Below, piece by piece: positions 37,690-51,830 of a DNA stretch of 64,000 bases; within the stretch, counting starts at the first letter, position 1, and each line of letters starts with the position of its first letter. Location of the stretch: positions 41,582,844 through 41,646,843 of the forward strand of contig NC_057728.1 in assembly GCF_004010195.1 (NCBI RefSeq), in the 5' to 3' direction. The translations under genes and the position numbers were made by a program. This DNA comes from Chiloscyllium plagiosum (Eukaryota). The notes under the pieces were generated by a model that was not told the DNA's origin, did no database searches, and saw only the letters and a list, made by a program, of their open reading frames with translations.

Positions 37690-37830
37690 AGTTCTGAGGA
37701 AGGGTCACTCGACCCAAAACGTTAACTCTGATTTCTCTCCACAGATGCTTCCAGACCCGCTGAGCTTTTCCAGTACTTTACGTTATTGTTTCTAATTTAC
37801 AGCATCCACAATTCTTTCAATTTTTATTTA
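37690..37830 (+). mobile_element. Short PLE-type repeat, family C, starting at a hammerhead-like motif
   Basis: AGTT-CTGAGGA-A-GGGTC-ACTC-GACCC-AAAA-CG-TT-AACT, followed by CAGATGCT..CAGACC.GCTGAG; relatives near 22200, 55370 and 62820-62960. Confidence 0.75.
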
Positions 37831-39044
37831 GCAAGGTCCAGTGCTCTCTACTTAACACAGCAAAACTAGGGAGAAGAAAAGTATTTTAAAACATATAGCT
37901 TCATTCATTTCAGGTGTTCATTTTTCCATTTTGGGGAGAGTTGGCAATCTTTATGTCCTCTGACTTTGTGATGCCTGGATGATCACAAAATAAATCAGTG
38001 AATTGGATAGGATTTACAGAATGGCAACCTTGAGATAACAGAAGTCTTAGTCAAGTCTATATCAATACACTCAAAGTGCAGCAAGAAGTCTGATAAGATC
38101 ACAGTAGAGACTGAATGAAATTGTGATCAGACGCAAGATAATTCTGCTATTTTTGTCCTTTATTTTCAAGATGAAGTAAAACTAAGGACTTTTGCATTTT
38201 TGACATTACCCGATCAGGTTTTGACTTTAATCAAACTAACAACATATGCTTTGGTCAAACATGTGAAATCAAAGCTGGCCCTGCCCTAGGACAAATTTGT
38301 CCAGTAGAGTGCAGCCAGTTAGATCATGTAGCACATGACTTCATGGGAAGGTTACCAGCTTAGCCAGAGGTATGACACCTCTACTTCAAGTGTAGATTAC
38401 ATTAGATTAGATGGTTTGGATCCAAGCTAAAACAGAACGGTGAAAAATACAGCTACTGTGAATGGACCAAAGTTCTCTTAATCCTAATGCGTTGTCGGGC
38501 ACTTGAGAAGTATGTCCATTTCAAGGGAAAGATGTTCCACACAGTGTGGAATTCAGTTGCCCAGTCACTTACTCGGTTACCTCCAGAAATTCAAAACTTA
38601 ATACTCTCAAGCTTTTGCTTCAACATTTAAAGATAGTGCAAGATAGGGCAAAACATATTTGAATGGTCAAGTGTCCGCTCCCCACCCTTCCACTTCCTCT
38701 CCAAAATATAGTCGCTGGATTTGATCTGTAAATTAATTGGTTTTTGTCTGCAAATATAAGCATCATCTACTTCTCTATTTTCAAGGACTTTGGCTCCAAT
38801 TAGCCTTGTTCAGAGATGGATAACTCAGTCTGGAAAACCTTGTTCTATATACTCCAGTGTACTGCAACCAATAAGTTGCAATTTCAGTATAACAGCCAAG
38901 AAATCACCACAAGCCACAGTTAGCACTCACTTCACAGATGACAATGGCTAGGAATCCCAGGACTAATTGCCTTATCCAAGTCAAATAACATAGCTGCTTT
39001 AAGTTGAATTGGCAGTCAGAAGATTGAAAGGTAATGAATGAGTT

Positions 39045-39662
39045 TCTGGATTAGTGGTGGTGGAAGAGCAGAGCAGTTCAGGCAGCATCCGAGGAGCAGT
39101 AAAATCGACATTTCGGGCAAAAGCCCTTCATCAGTAATAAAGGCAGAGAGCCTGAAGGGTGGAGAGATAAGCTAGAGGAGGGTGGGGATGGGGAGAAAGT
39201 AGCATAGAGTACAATAGGCGAGTGGGGGAGGGGATGAAGGTGATAGGTCAAGGAGGAGGGTGGAGTGGATAGGTGGAAAAGATGATAGGCAGGTAGGACA
39301 AGTCATGGGGACAATGCTGAGCTGGAAGTTTGGAACTAGGGTGAGGTGGGGGAAGGGGAAATGAGGAAACTGTTGAAGTCCACATTGATACCCTGGGGTT
39401 GAAGTGTTCCGAGGCGGAGATGAGGCGTTCTTTCTCCAGGCGTCTGGTGGTGATGGAGCGGCGGTGGAGGCGGCCCAGGACCTCCATGTCCTCGGCAGAG
39501 TGGGAGGGGGAGTTGAAATGTTGGGCCACAAGGCGGTGTGGTTGATTGGTGCAAGTGTCCCAGAGAGGTTCCCTAAAGCGTTCTGCTAGGAGGCATCCAG
39601 TCTCCCCAATGTAGAGGAGACCGCATCGGGAACAATGGATACAATAAATGATATTGGTGGAT
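39045..39662 (-). mobile_element. Penelope-like element 3' fragment (GIY-YIG endonuclease C-terminus + 3' UTR + hammerhead-like core)
   Basis: Minus strand reads STNIIYCIHCSRCGLLYIGETG...AQHFNSPSHS...RRLE.ERLI; CTGATGA-A-GGGC-TTTT-GCCC-GAAA-TG-TC at about 39104-39134. Confidence 0.9.
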
Positions 39663-40139
39663 GAAATTTTCTGCCCAAACAGGACTTCTAGTTATAAAAT
39701 TGCTTTTACTTAGATATACATCTTGTGGAAAGGCACAGGAAAGAAAGTGGCTTAAACATTAGAGTTTTAAAAGAGAAATAGAAAAATCAGACAGAAATTT
39801 GAGTTCTGGAGTTTATAACTTTGCATTTATATGACAAAAGTACTTTAGAAAGTGTGTATGTAGTAACCTAAGTTGAGGTTGCATTTATATCAGACAGACA
39901 ATGGATGCCACAGCAAAACTTGGGAACTTCACAACTTAATTTTCTTGACTGGGAGATCTTCTCAGTGACTGGAAAGCTCTCCCATGATATATTTTGAGCT
40001 ATTAAGTGTGCAGCTCATCTGCAGCCAGAAGAGATGGCCATTTTTAACCTTTTTTCAGTGAAGACTGGTTGTAATTCGTATCATACACATGATGCAGTAC
40101 AGCAACTTGCCAAGAAGCCTTTGACTGTATATTCCCTCC

Positions 40140-40390
40140 AACACCTAGGTGCTGCATGGGAACACCATCACTTCCAAATTCCCAGTCAAGTCGCACACTA
40201 TTCTAATTCTGATTTATATTGCAATTCTTTCGCTGTTTCAGGTCAAAATCCTGGAACACCATTTCATAACAGCACTGTAGGAGTAGCTTTATCATTGATA
40301 TTGCAGTGGTTCAAGAATGCAGCTTCCTGTGACCTTCTCAAGGACAATTAGGGTTTGACACCAACATGCACATCACATGAATGAACATAA
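40140..40390 (+). mobile_element. CR1/L2-clade 3' fragment
   Basis: GGAACACCATCAC...GCAGTGGTTCAAGAA...CCTTCTCAAGGACAATTAGG tail pattern. Confidence 0.55.
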
Positions 40391-41129
40391 GAGGTGGTCC
40401 CAAGCAATACCCCCTCCTTTGCCTTACTATCCTAATAATAAGAACTGCTATCCTTTGTAAGTGCACCAGTTAAGAACAATTTTCTCTTTTGTCAATAATA
40501 ACCTCAAGCCCTGGCAATAGCAACATCACCCAGTACCACAACTACCAGTTATGAGACTAGTTAAAAGAAAGCATTACACAGCATGTTATCCTTTTTCTCG
40601 AAGAATGGTCTCTTGCAGAAAGGCAGACTAGTAAGCTGCGCAAATAGCTGCTTTTGTTTCAAACAACATTAGACATAACATAATTCTTCCACCATAACTT
40701 TAATCAGCCGATTTTTTGGTTGCCCACGGTTGAATATTCAATACAAAAAGGTACATTTTCCTATTGGATTTATGGGACTATTGTCTGCTAATATTCTAGG
40801 AGGTCACTCTTCTATAATTAACTGAAGCGACCTTACACACATGCTTCGTTAGACATCTAGAAAGCTTTGTTTGAATGTGAAGTGTGTTATAAAAGATAAT
40901 TCTAGGCAATGTGTGAAATACAGAAGAGATTTCTTTGTACTGTGTGAATAAGCTAAAGTATATTTGCTACCTTCTGTAAGCCTTCAAAAGCCGACTTGAA
41001 TGGAATTTTGAATTCCCAAGTTGCGCGTATTATAAAGATTTGTTTTCAGCTCAACATAAATGGTCTTCCTCCAAATAACAGTCAGATCTGAATATTTTCA
41101 TGCAGAAAGTCTGTCGCTTATCTTTGACA

Positions 41130-41631
41130 GGTATAAACAGAAAAGCGCAGGTCAGGCAGCATCCAAGGAGCAGGAGAATCGACATTTCGGGCATAAGCCC
41201 TTCTTCAGGAATGAGGAAGGTGTGCCAAGCAGGCTAAGATAAGGTTCCTAGCCTAGGAACCCTCCAACCACAAGGGATGAATGCAGATTTCTCCAGCTTC
41301 ATCATTTCCCCACCCCCCACCTTGTCTCAGTCCCAACCCTCTGACTCGGCACTGCCTTCTTGATCTGCAATCTTCTTCCCGACCTCTCCGGCCTATCACC
41401 CTCACCTTAACCTCCTTCCACCTATCGCATTCCCAACACCCCTTCCCAAGTCCCTCCTCCCTACCTTTTATCTTAGCCTGCTTGGCACACCTTCTTCATT
41501 CCTCAAGAAGGGCTCATGCCCGAAATGTCGATTCTCCTGCTCCTTGGATGCTGCCTGACCTGCTGCGCATTTCCAGCAACACATTTTTCAGCTCTGATCT
41601 CCAGCATCTGCAGTCCTCGGTATATACAGAA
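41130..41631. mobile_element. PLE family A cassette with 5' inversion and 13-bp TSD
   Basis: Inverted copy 41143-41245, direct copy 41255-41618; flanks GGTATAAACAGAA / GGTATATACAGAA. Confidence 0.85.
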
Positions 41632-41858
41632 TCCTATACAGAGACCTATAAATGGCTGCATGTTAATATTATCTACTTCAAGAAACGTGCAGAAACGTGG
41701 CCAGTCACGAGCAGTTGGGAAAGGATTTTACTGAGAAATAATGCCATGTATGCTTCCCCTTGTGATATGCAACTGTAGATTTGCAATTGTACTTCAGCCA
41801 TCCCTGGTCTAAATACTCATCAGCTCGAGGCATTTCTACAGTTACCCTTGCTTCCTTA

Positions 41859-42380
41859 CTCACTGAGTTATGAGCTGAAAATGTGTTGCTGGAAAAGTGC
41901 AGCAAGTCAGGCAGCATCCAGGGAACAGGAGAATCGACGTTTCGGGCATAAGCCCTTCTTCAGTAATGAGGAAAGTGTGTCCAGCAGGCTAAGATAAAAG
42001 GTAGGGAGGAGGGACTTGGGGAAGGGGCGTCAGAAATGCGACAGGTGGAAGAGCTTCTGTGCAGAGGAGATGACCTGAGGGGCGCAGTGAGAGAGGGACT
42101 CACTGAAATCTTTGTAGAGGGAGGAAGAGAGCTTCTTCAAGGAAGGCATCCTTGTAGGAGGATTCGCAGTAGGTTAAAATCTTTGAGGAGAAAGTGAGAT
42201 CTGGAGATGCTGGAGATCAGAGCTGAAAATGTGTTGCTGGAAAAGCGCAGGTCAGGCATAAGCCCAGGCCCGAAACGTCGATTCTCCTGTTCCCTGGATG
42301 CTGCGCTTTTCCAGCAACACATTTTCAGCTCTGATCTCCAGCATCTGCAGACCTCACTTTCTCCTCACTGAGTTATGAGC
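41859..42380. mobile_element. Compound PLE family A cassette (two minus copies + one plus copy) with 17-bp TSD
   Basis: CTCACTGAGTTATGAGC at 41859-41875 and 42364-42380; intact core on - at about 41933-41963. Confidence 0.85.
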
Positions 42381-44099
42381 ATTGGGATTAAAATGCAGAT
42401 GAAACACTCTTGTCTTTCTCCAAATTCCAACACTTCTTGAATATTTTATTTGCAAAAAGGTTCGAACCTGCTTTCATTCACTCGAATTGGCTGCTCTTCC
42501 AATTCCTCCCAAAATCAATCAGTGGAACTAACAAAGAAAATAAATCTATACAAAGCTGGAATATGCAGCCAGTAATGCTGACCTCCAGTTTGACCTCTTG
42601 GTGTCCTGTTGGAGGCTTGAGCAAAATCACCCAAGAGAAACCCACCTTCAATCATCATTAAACTTGACCTTATGACTGCTCTCCTGCATGCTTTTTACTG
42701 CAGGGTTACGGGTTGGTAGTTTAACCACAAAACAAGATGATGAGATGCAATCAAGAAGTGAAGTTCAAAGAGTTGGCTAGTGTCTGCTTATATTACCATA
42801 TTAGATAGAAAATGAGGCATAATTGTCTGCAGGATTTATCACCTTACTTAGCAGTCCAACCTCACAGCGAGAGCTGGAGGACAATGCATGACTCTATACT
42901 TTTGACTGGGAGTGAAGAAAACGTAATGGGGAGACACCACACGAGGATTATAACAAAAATGCTGTGCATTAAAACCTAAAGGAATATGAATTAACAAGTA
43001 AAACCCCTTTCCATAGGGTTTCTAATGAAATTTAAGTCTTTGAAAGGGGAAGGTATTTAGCGTCTGAACAAAAAAAGATTTCATCATTTAATGTGCACAT
43101 TGTGTTGGAGTCTCACCTTACTTACTGAAATGTAAAAAAAAACCTGTTCATTAAAGCCTTTTCTGAATCCTGGATCTTTTGAGGATTTTCACAAAACAGC
43201 TTTGTGATGCGAAAGATCTGTATTTGCAGCATTACCTGCAGTTATTATAAACTTCTGAACAACAGCAATTTTGCTTCAAGATTTTCCAAGAAAGCCAGTT
43301 TAGAACAGAAACAAAATAAAACACTGAAATTAACTGTTCATTGGTATTTATTAATTTTACACTTTACAACTGAGTATCAATGGTTTGTGTGCATGATGGG
43401 GGAAGGACCAACAGTAGCAGTTGCTCTCACTTAACTTCAGAATGGTGTAACTCTGACTTAACCTGCTAGGTCATAATGTCAGTGGGTTTAGTCAACTTTG
43501 TGTTGTATACCTTGCCTGATTTTATGACTTACTTCAATTGAGTAACAAAAAGCACGCATCTGACTTAGACCCATCACTTTTCAGTTCATGGCCAGGTTAA
43601 AATTTAGACCCGATATAGAAACAACTGTACTAACTTGCATTTACATAGTGCATTAAATGTAGGAAATGCTCCTATGGTGTTTCACAGTGGCCGAAGCGGA
43701 TGAAAATGGACAATCAGCATATGAAGGGGATGTTAAGCAGTTGATTTAAAGCTTGGTGAAAGAGGTGAATGATAAGAAAGGTCATAAATTGAGAAGTGGA
43801 GAAGTACTGATGTTCTGGGAGGGAATTTACCAGAGTGTATGGCTTGGATGGCTGAAAACACGAATGGCGGTGGTAGATCAAAATGAAATGGTAAGTACAA
43901 TGGGTTAGAGGTGGAGAGAGACAAAGGATTGTATGGCTGGAGGAGCTGATGGAGTTAGCGAAAGGTGAGGTCATGGAGAAACTTGAACTGAGGTCAAGAA
44001 ACTGAAGCTGATCAACTGGTATTGAACATGGATTAATGTGCAACTAGATGTTTGGGAACTGGTGTAGATTATAATAAAATGGGGAAGAAAGGAAGAAAA

Positions 44100-45390
44100 A
44101 TTTGAGTTTATATAGTGCCTTTCACGACTACCAACATGCTTTATAGCCAACGAAGAAAACTTGAAGTGTAGTCACTGCCATAATGTAGGCGAGGTGGCAA
44201 CAAAATTGTGCACACTATGTTCCCACAAACAACAATATGATAACAACCAGATAACTGAGCAAATTCTTATAGTGTCTGAGTAACACGGGCATGTTTGGTG
44301 GTAGAATCAGATGAAAAGCTGAAAATGTGTTGCTGGTAAAGCGCAGCATCCAAGGAGCAGGAGAATCGATGTTTCGGGCATAAGCCCTTCTTCAGAAATG
44401 AGGAAAGTGTGCCAAGCAGGCTAAGAAAAATGGTAGGGAGGGGGGACNNNNNNNTTCCTAGGCGGAAGATGAGGCGCTCTTCCTCCAGCCGTCGTGTTGC
44501 TATGGTCTGGCGAAGAGTCGTCCAAGGGCTGCATGTCCTTGGAGGAGTGGGAGGGGGAGTTGAAGTATTGAGCCACGGGATGATTGGGTTGGATGGTCCG
44601 GGTGTCCCAGAGGTGTTTTCTGAAACGTTCCACAAGTAGGCGGCCTGTCTCCCCAATATAGAAGAGGCCACATCGGGTGCAGCGGATGCAGTAAATGATG
44701 TGCGTGGAAGTGCAGGTGAATTTGTGGCGGATATGGAAGGATCCCTTCGGGCCTTGGAGGGAAGTAAGGGGGGAGGTGTGGGTGCAAGTTTTGCATTTCT
44801 TGCAGTTGCAGGGGAAGATGCCGGGAGTGGAGGTTGGGTTGGTGGGGAGTGTGGACCCGACGAGGGAGTCACGGAGGGAGTGGTCTTTTCGGAACGCTGA
44901 TAGGGGAGGGAAATATATCCCTGGTGGTGGGGTCTGTTTGGAGGTGGCGGAAATGATGAATCAGATGAAAAACCAATCTCAACTTTGGGAGCATTTCAAT
45001 CCATGTTCAATGCTTTACATCAGCGGAGCTGAGAGTCTTTTTGAGGAATTGCTGAATGGGTGTGACCTATGTCGTAAGGACCGGGGCAGGTAGTTAACAA
45101 GGTGGGAGTTCGGTAGCAATGGGGAGAAAACGCAACAGGCCTCCATGTATAAATCCCTCTGAAAGACTGGATGCAACTCTGACTTAGCCGGAAAAATACT
45201 TCAAGATTCAGCCTGTTGTCTGGAGTGACGCTGCTTGAGCAATGAATATTGGTCAGCACAGTGGGGACAACTCCCATGCACCGTCTGCAAAATAGCACCT
45301 TTTACAACAATCTCAGACAGCAGAGAAGCTCTTGGTTTAATGTCTCAGCATCTTGAACCATGTAGTACCCCCTCAGCACTCGACTAACTT
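44100..45390 (-). mobile_element. Deu-domain-type SINE (SacSINE1/AmnSINE1-like) split by later insertions
   Basis: Tail TTTATATAGTGCCTTTCAC...GAAGTGTAGTCACTG (44105-44255) and core ATATTGGTCAGCAC..GGGGACAACTCCC (45245-45275) match 59800-60245 in reverse. Confidence 0.55.
44304..44971 (-). mobile_element. Penelope-like (Neptune-type) 3' fragment with Cys-rich linker, GIY-YIG domain and 14-bp TSD
   Basis: Minus strand GIFPCNCKKCKTC...FTCTSTHIIYCIRCTRCGLFYIGETGRLLVERFRKH; GAATCAGATGAAAA at 44304-44317 and 44958-44971; 7-N gap inside. Confidence 0.92.
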
Positions 45391-47859
45391 AAAAGCTGGA
45401 TATTCAATCCCTACAGCAACCCCATCAATTTGTGAGATTTACCGCATTTTGGTAAATTCCATCAACTGGCCTGTACAATTAAAATGCCACTTGGTGGATT
45501 GATGTATCATTTCACTCCATGAGAAGCAAAAGACAGTGTGGATGATTGTGTACCTCTACTTAAAGAGGAATAATTGTTTATTTTGGAAAAATAAGTGAAG
45601 AAAATATTGCAACTTTCTCTTCAAATGGTAAACTCTTTTTTAACTAAAAAAAATATAAATTTTAAGAAATATATTTTAGGAAGCATTTTAATTTCATGCT
45701 CCAGACTGTCCCATGTTTCGCTGCGATACACTAACATTTAAAAAGCAGTGGAAACGGACAGGATTATCCTACTCGTTCATTTTATTCAAATGGTGGGGTA
45801 GGAGCAGAAAGAACATTAATAGTTTCCTAAGTCTGCAAAAGCTTTACTATCTATACAAGACAGATACTGTAGTGGTAAACAGTAGCCAACCAGTTCCCAT
45901 TGATAACATCCAGTTACGGGTTATTGACACAAGACAACATTTACAAAAAGGAAAGCACAGACTTAACAAATCTAATTATGTAAAGTATAACCAATAAAAA
46001 ACTCAAAACTGTACACTAAAGGCTGTGTGTGTATAATTTTTAAAAATAGTTGGAATATAATCATCCGTTCCCTTGTATGAAAGCATAAACCAAAATTTGA
46101 AATAAACAATGACTTATTTCCTCTGAATAATACCAACATGCACTGTTATTTAAGAAGTGGAAGTAGAGAACAAGAAATGCATATCTAGAGAAAGCAGCAG
46201 TGGTCAAACCCACAACAGCAGCTTTGTGATCTTCAGAGGAATGTTCCTCAAGCTTTGTTCACCATGAAAAGATCCATTAATACTTCTACCCCATCAAATG
46301 GCAGGCCATAGCCATGAATGGCACCTATCAGAGCCAAGAGTAAATCCTGTGATTAGAGAGAATTTGCCAAAGAGCCTTTGTAGCCGAGAAAAATGCCTAC
46401 TCCAGAGTGGAATGTAGAAAATTCCTGGGAGCACAGGCTCCCCTTTGTTGCCAACTCAGGCGTATTCTGGAGCAAAGAAAGGCACAGACAAATTAGATCT
46501 CCTCTCTACATCAGCAAGAAAATATATTTGTGAAAGAGATCCATCTCTCTTTTTTTTGAAAACCTACAAATCTGAATGATTACAGTTTGGGTGGTTAGGC
46601 CAAAATATTTTAGTGCTAAAATAATGCCACAAAAACAAATGTTCTCTGCTGACCATAAAGTATATTATACAGAGAAAACCCTCCGGTTGTAGGTCCTTGT
46701 GAAACAGACAGGGAAATGTTTGTCAGTATGCACATCAGAGACAAGACAGAATAGCTATTTATCTATCCAGGAGATAACAACTAAGTGGTAGTGTGATACA
46801 ACATTTCACTCCATGCGTGAGACAAACTGCAGACCTCTTTGTCTTTTCTACAAACTCAAAGCACTTTACTAATCATTCACTATTTAAACAATTATTGATA
46901 TCATGCAGATGTAAATGTTTACTAACAAAAATGTTTGTGATCTTTATTGCCATAATGGAATACATTCATCACATTTTAATCCTCATTCCGGGACTGCCAA
47001 TAATTGAGAAAACTCAAACTGATTTTTCAGCCTCTGGTAAAAGTTCCTCCTTCTACTTTGCAAACACAATTGCAAAGTGATATTGAATGGTTCACTGATT
47101 GCGATTTCAGCATGGAGACATTTGCAAGACTGAACCTTCCTTGAATGGCATTAGCCCTTAGTTTACCATCCCAGCCCTTTTTTGACTTCCACAACAATTT
47201 GCATTTACGTAGTGCCAATTAATATAGTAATACATCCCACAGTGCTCAACAGGCTTGTTTTTCTCTTCTCCACCTTTAGACCCTCTCTTGATTCCAAATT
47301 TCAGTTTAATTTTCTCAATTTTGTCCCACTGTTCATGGCTTCTTTCGCTTGGGACCTCAGTTATGCATATAATTGCAAATTGATGTCACCCTCCTTCCTC
47401 CTTCTCTTGAGCAGTTAACATTCCTCACCATTATTTTACATTTTCCAACTCCCAGCAGCGTTATTTCTTTCACTGAAAGAAAATTATGTTAATATGGTAT
47501 TAAGATTTTTTTTAACAAGTAGTGTTGCTTGGATGTATTTGGCCCATACTCTAGCATGTAGACAATGTACTTAGGGAGTGCATGGCAGGATATTAGATAG
47601 CTGGAATTATTTTAAATTGCAAGTGATGGACAGCAATATGTTTCTTCAAATTGAATCAGACTGCACATAAAAGGAAAACATGTTCACCACCACTTTATCA
47701 AGAACTAGGGATGGGCAATAAGTGCTGGACAGTCAGTGACGCCCATGTCCCACAAGCGAATAACCTGAGGGTTTGCTATTTACATTGAAAATGATTGGCT
47801 TTGAGCTGGAGACAGAAGCAAGACTGCCTAAGGCTGTAGATGACACCACTTTAGTTGGC

Positions 47860-48650
47860 ACTGGCGGGGCATTTAATTTAACTGTCCACCTCTAAGGCAG
47901 TCCCTCAGGATCAAGGGTTACTTGCTTCCACACCAATTCAATGGGATGATCAGTCACTTTACAATTGCAATGTTTTAAAGAAGTTTGGATAAGTACAAGA
48001 ATAGGAACGGTCAGGAGGGATATGGGCCAGGAACAGGCAGCTGGGACTAGTTTAATTTGGGATTATGTTCGGCATGGACTGCTTGCACCTAAGTCTGTTT
48101 CAGTAGTGTATGACTGTATTAGCAGACAATGCCACATCTGGGATGGTGGTGCTTGAAAGTTTGGATAGATGAGGACTTTGGAGGTTTGCACACTCTCTGC
48201 GCTTGAACTTCATCTTTGCATGCTCTCAATCAATTCTCTTGATGTATACAGTGCTGTCCCGAATAAATATTCTCCAGTTTGGTTGGTCACAAGTAAAGTC
48301 TCCCATCAATCAACAGCTACGTTTGACCTGGTCCAGGCTGATTTGTGGACATTCTGAAAATGTTTCCATTGCTCTCCCTGGTCTCCCGCTGAGCTCAACT
48401 TCCAAGTGGTACTACTGGCCATGTTGGTTTAGGATGGTGCGTTGCTACTGGACAGCCTCCTTGCCACTGTGTTTATAGACTTTGTGAAAGAATCATTGGT
48501 GGTAATACGCTCTGTTGCTTTGTGGTGCTTGTTTTACATTGTCAAAGTCTCTGAAGCACATAAGAGTATTTCTGTCACCCAGCAAACCATGGTCTTGGTC
48601 TTGGACTTTGGATTCTGGTCACCACATATTCTTTCCTCAGTCAGCTGAAG
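47860..48650 (-). mobile_element. Decayed LINE 3' region (possibly RTE clade) with a nested CR1 tail at about 47960-48118
   Basis: GGCAGTCCCTCAGGATCAAGGG..ACTTGCTTCCAC end motif; clade recalled, not verified. Confidence 0.4.
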
Positions 48651-48892
48651 GCTGAGCTGATACACTGGAGGCATTAAAGAATTTATTTAAACCCTGGGAA
48701 ATAGGCAGACCAGATACAAAAAAACCTGAATAGTGTTATGAGGTACTGTAGACAGAAAGGAGGGTAATTAATATTTGACCGAAACAAAAGGCAAGATTAT
48801 AAGATTAGAGAAGGGGAATAAGAGAGGGGATAAAAACAAAATGCCGGAGATGACAGAACACAACAAAGCAGTGGGATGTGAAGCTCATTTAA

Positions 48893-49225
48893 GGGGAGAT
48901 GGTGGCATGGTAGTAATGTCACTGGATTTGTAATTAGCAAGGCAAATGTTCTGGGGTCAACAGTTCAATCCTACAATGGTAGTTGGTGGGATTTAAACAT
49001 TACTAACTCTGTTCCAGGTTTATTAATTAAGTGACCATGACAAAAAAAATCGTTTGTTGCAAAATCCTACCTAGTTCACGAATTCATTTTACAGAAATCC
49101 TCCATCCTTACCCAGTCAGACCTACATGTGATTCCTGACCCAAAGCAACGTGGTTGGCTTTTGCCCTCTGCAATGGCTTACCAAACACGGGAGCTCAATT
49201 AGTAATGCAAAATAAATACTGAGTT
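48893..49225 (+). mobile_element. Old tRNA-derived SINE
   Basis: Degenerate A box (TGGCATGGTAG), B box (GTTCAATCC) and AATAAAT-containing tail. Confidence 0.55.
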
Positions 49226-49299
49226 TATCCACAACCCATTAGAATATATCTTTTTTAAATAACCAATACATTGTGGAGCCGCACTAAAGAAAGCAACTT

Positions 49300-51830
49300 G
49301 GACCTTGGAGCTTGTAACTAGAGATGATTATAGGTTTTTGCCACACACTAGAATAGCTAAAGCTGGAATGCAGTACATTAATTCCAATTAGCAAACGTCA
49401 AAGAATTTCCAGCCATCAACATCTCTGCAGTTAGGACTAGCACATGTTCGATCAGTTTTGGCTGACAGCTTATGACCTAGAAGCTGAACTACAGATACTG
49501 TAACACAACTGGAAGGGGGAAAGATTAACTGGGTCCTTTGCACAAGGAGGCAGTTACACCTTCCTTAAGATTGGGTTGTCTGACATAGACAGTGCTCAGG
49601 GACAGAGGAGGGTGAGAGCTAAGAGGAAGCAGAAAGCAGGAACATCAGCCTTTATACTTGTTCAAGAAGACTGGAGCTTTCAGCTTGTCTGGATAAAATG
49701 AGAGATTAGAGAGGAGGAGAACTTCTTCAAGGTAGGCATCCTTGGATGAGGCTTCGCTGCGAGGTTAAAATCAACTAGGCAAAAGTGAGGACTGCAGATG
49801 CTGTAGATTAGAGCTGCAGCTCTCTCTTCTCTACCCCTGGGCAGCTGTCCTGAACCCTAGCAACAGGCTGGCTACATGGCCTTCAGGACAGCGACCCAGG
49901 GCTAGGGGGAAGGATCTGGTTGGCCTGGTGCATGTAGGTATTAATGGCATAGGCAGGACAAAAAAAAGTACCACAGAGTCAGTGAAGAGTCAGGAGCCAA
50001 AAGAAGTAGAACCTCAAAGGTCATATCCTCCACATTATTTCCTAAATCATGTGCAAATTCGCATAAGGCAAATCAGTTTAGAGAGATGAATGTGTGGCTC
50101 AAGGACTGGTCTGGAGGGAGTGGGTTTCAGTTCATGGGGCGCTGATACCAGTACCAAGGGGGTGATCTCCACCTGAACTATGCTGGGTCAGTGTGTTTGC
50201 TAACTGCATAACTAGAGAAGGAGAGATGATTTTAAACTAAATAGTAGGGACAAAGGATCAAAGTTAAGAACATGTAGTGAATCAAAGAGTAGAGTTAAAA
50301 ACATACAGAATAGTATCATTATGGGAAGTGACAAACAAGGCTGTGACAGGAAGGGATACAGAATACAAATTTAAGAGTAAACCATCAGATAAGACTAGAA
50401 TTTACAAAATAAAGAAAGGGATACAGTTAAAGACACTGCATCTGAATGCAAGTAGCATTCAAAGAGATTTCAGAGAGCCAAAATAGAAATAAATAAGGTA
50501 GATCTGCAGCCACTTCAGAGACTTGGCTATAGGATGGCATGGATTAGACCTGTATCTTCAAGGCCCAGGATTTGTGAGAAGGCTGGGAAGGTGGAAAAAG
50601 GTGAACTAATGACTCCATCAGATAATGATGAGAGGGATGACCCAAGTTGAGGAAACCAGGACGTGAAAACTGTTTTGGATAGTATATGTCACTTGGGAGA
50701 ATAGTGTACAGACCCCCTTAATGTAACCACACGATAGAGAAAACATAATGAGAGCTTGACAGAAAGGAACAATCAAGAAAGATTTCAATCTAAATATTGA
50801 CTGGAAAAGTCAAATGGCAAAAGTAGACAAAATGAGGAATTCATAGAATTAATTCGGGATAGTTTCTTTCGGGACATAATGAACAGAAACAGACTATACT
50901 TGAGCGGAGATTATGGAATGAGATAAGATTAATTATCATAGTGAAAACACCGTAGGTAGCAGCCATCATACAATGACTGAATGTAACATGTGATTTGAGA
51001 AGGGAATGACTTTGACACTATTGCTTAAAATTTGAATTTTAGGCAATTATGAAGGCATGAAAGGAGAGTTGGCTAAAGTGAACAGGCAAATTTCATTAGA
51101 GGATTGGCCAATACAGAAGCAATAGAAAACTTTTAAGGCAATACTTGAAGATATGTTCCAATGAATAAGAAAAATTTGAAGTGACAGACACCAATCCATG
51201 GTTAACGAGAAATGTTAAATGTAGAACAGACAGTAAGAGCTTCTATATTTAGAAAACAAAACAGTTAATAAAGTGAGCACTGATCCTACAGAAAGTGAAG
51301 CTGGAAATATAATGGAAAATAAGGAATGCAGATCATTTGAACAGGTATTTTGCATCAGTCCTTACTTCAGTGATTACAAGTAACAGCCCAGAAGCAGCAA
51401 TAAATCAGAAAATGGAAGGGAGGGAAGAAATCAGAAAAATGGCTATCACTAGAGAAGTAGTACTGAGGAAATGGTTGGAGCTGCAGGCTAACAAATGACT
51501 GAGTCCTGATGGATTTCATCCAAGGATCTTAAAGGAGAGGCTGATAAAATAGTTGGTGCATTAACTTTAATTTCCTAAAACCCCTTTGATTCAAGAAAGT
51601 TCCATTAGATTAGATGAAGAATAAATGGAACTCCTTTATTGGAAAAGAGAGAAAGACAAAAAGCAGTTTAACTACAAACTTAACATCTGCCATAGGGAAA
51701 ATGATAAAGCTATTATTAAGGAACATGTAATGGCGCTTAGATAAGTACTAGGCACTTAAGCAGAGTCAAGATGGTTTGGTGAAAGGGAATTCGTGTTTAT
51801 CAAATTCATTACAGCTCAATGAAAGTCATA
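49300..51830 (+). mobile_element. Heavily decayed CR1 LINE (ORF1 remnant, APE, start of RT)
   Basis: VHVGINGIG and NVWLKDWS..GFQFMG (ORF1 esterase-like), LKTLHLNASSI, VYRPP, PDGFHPRILKE, SQDGLVKGNSC; small PLE insert at about 49705-49815. Confidence 0.8.
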
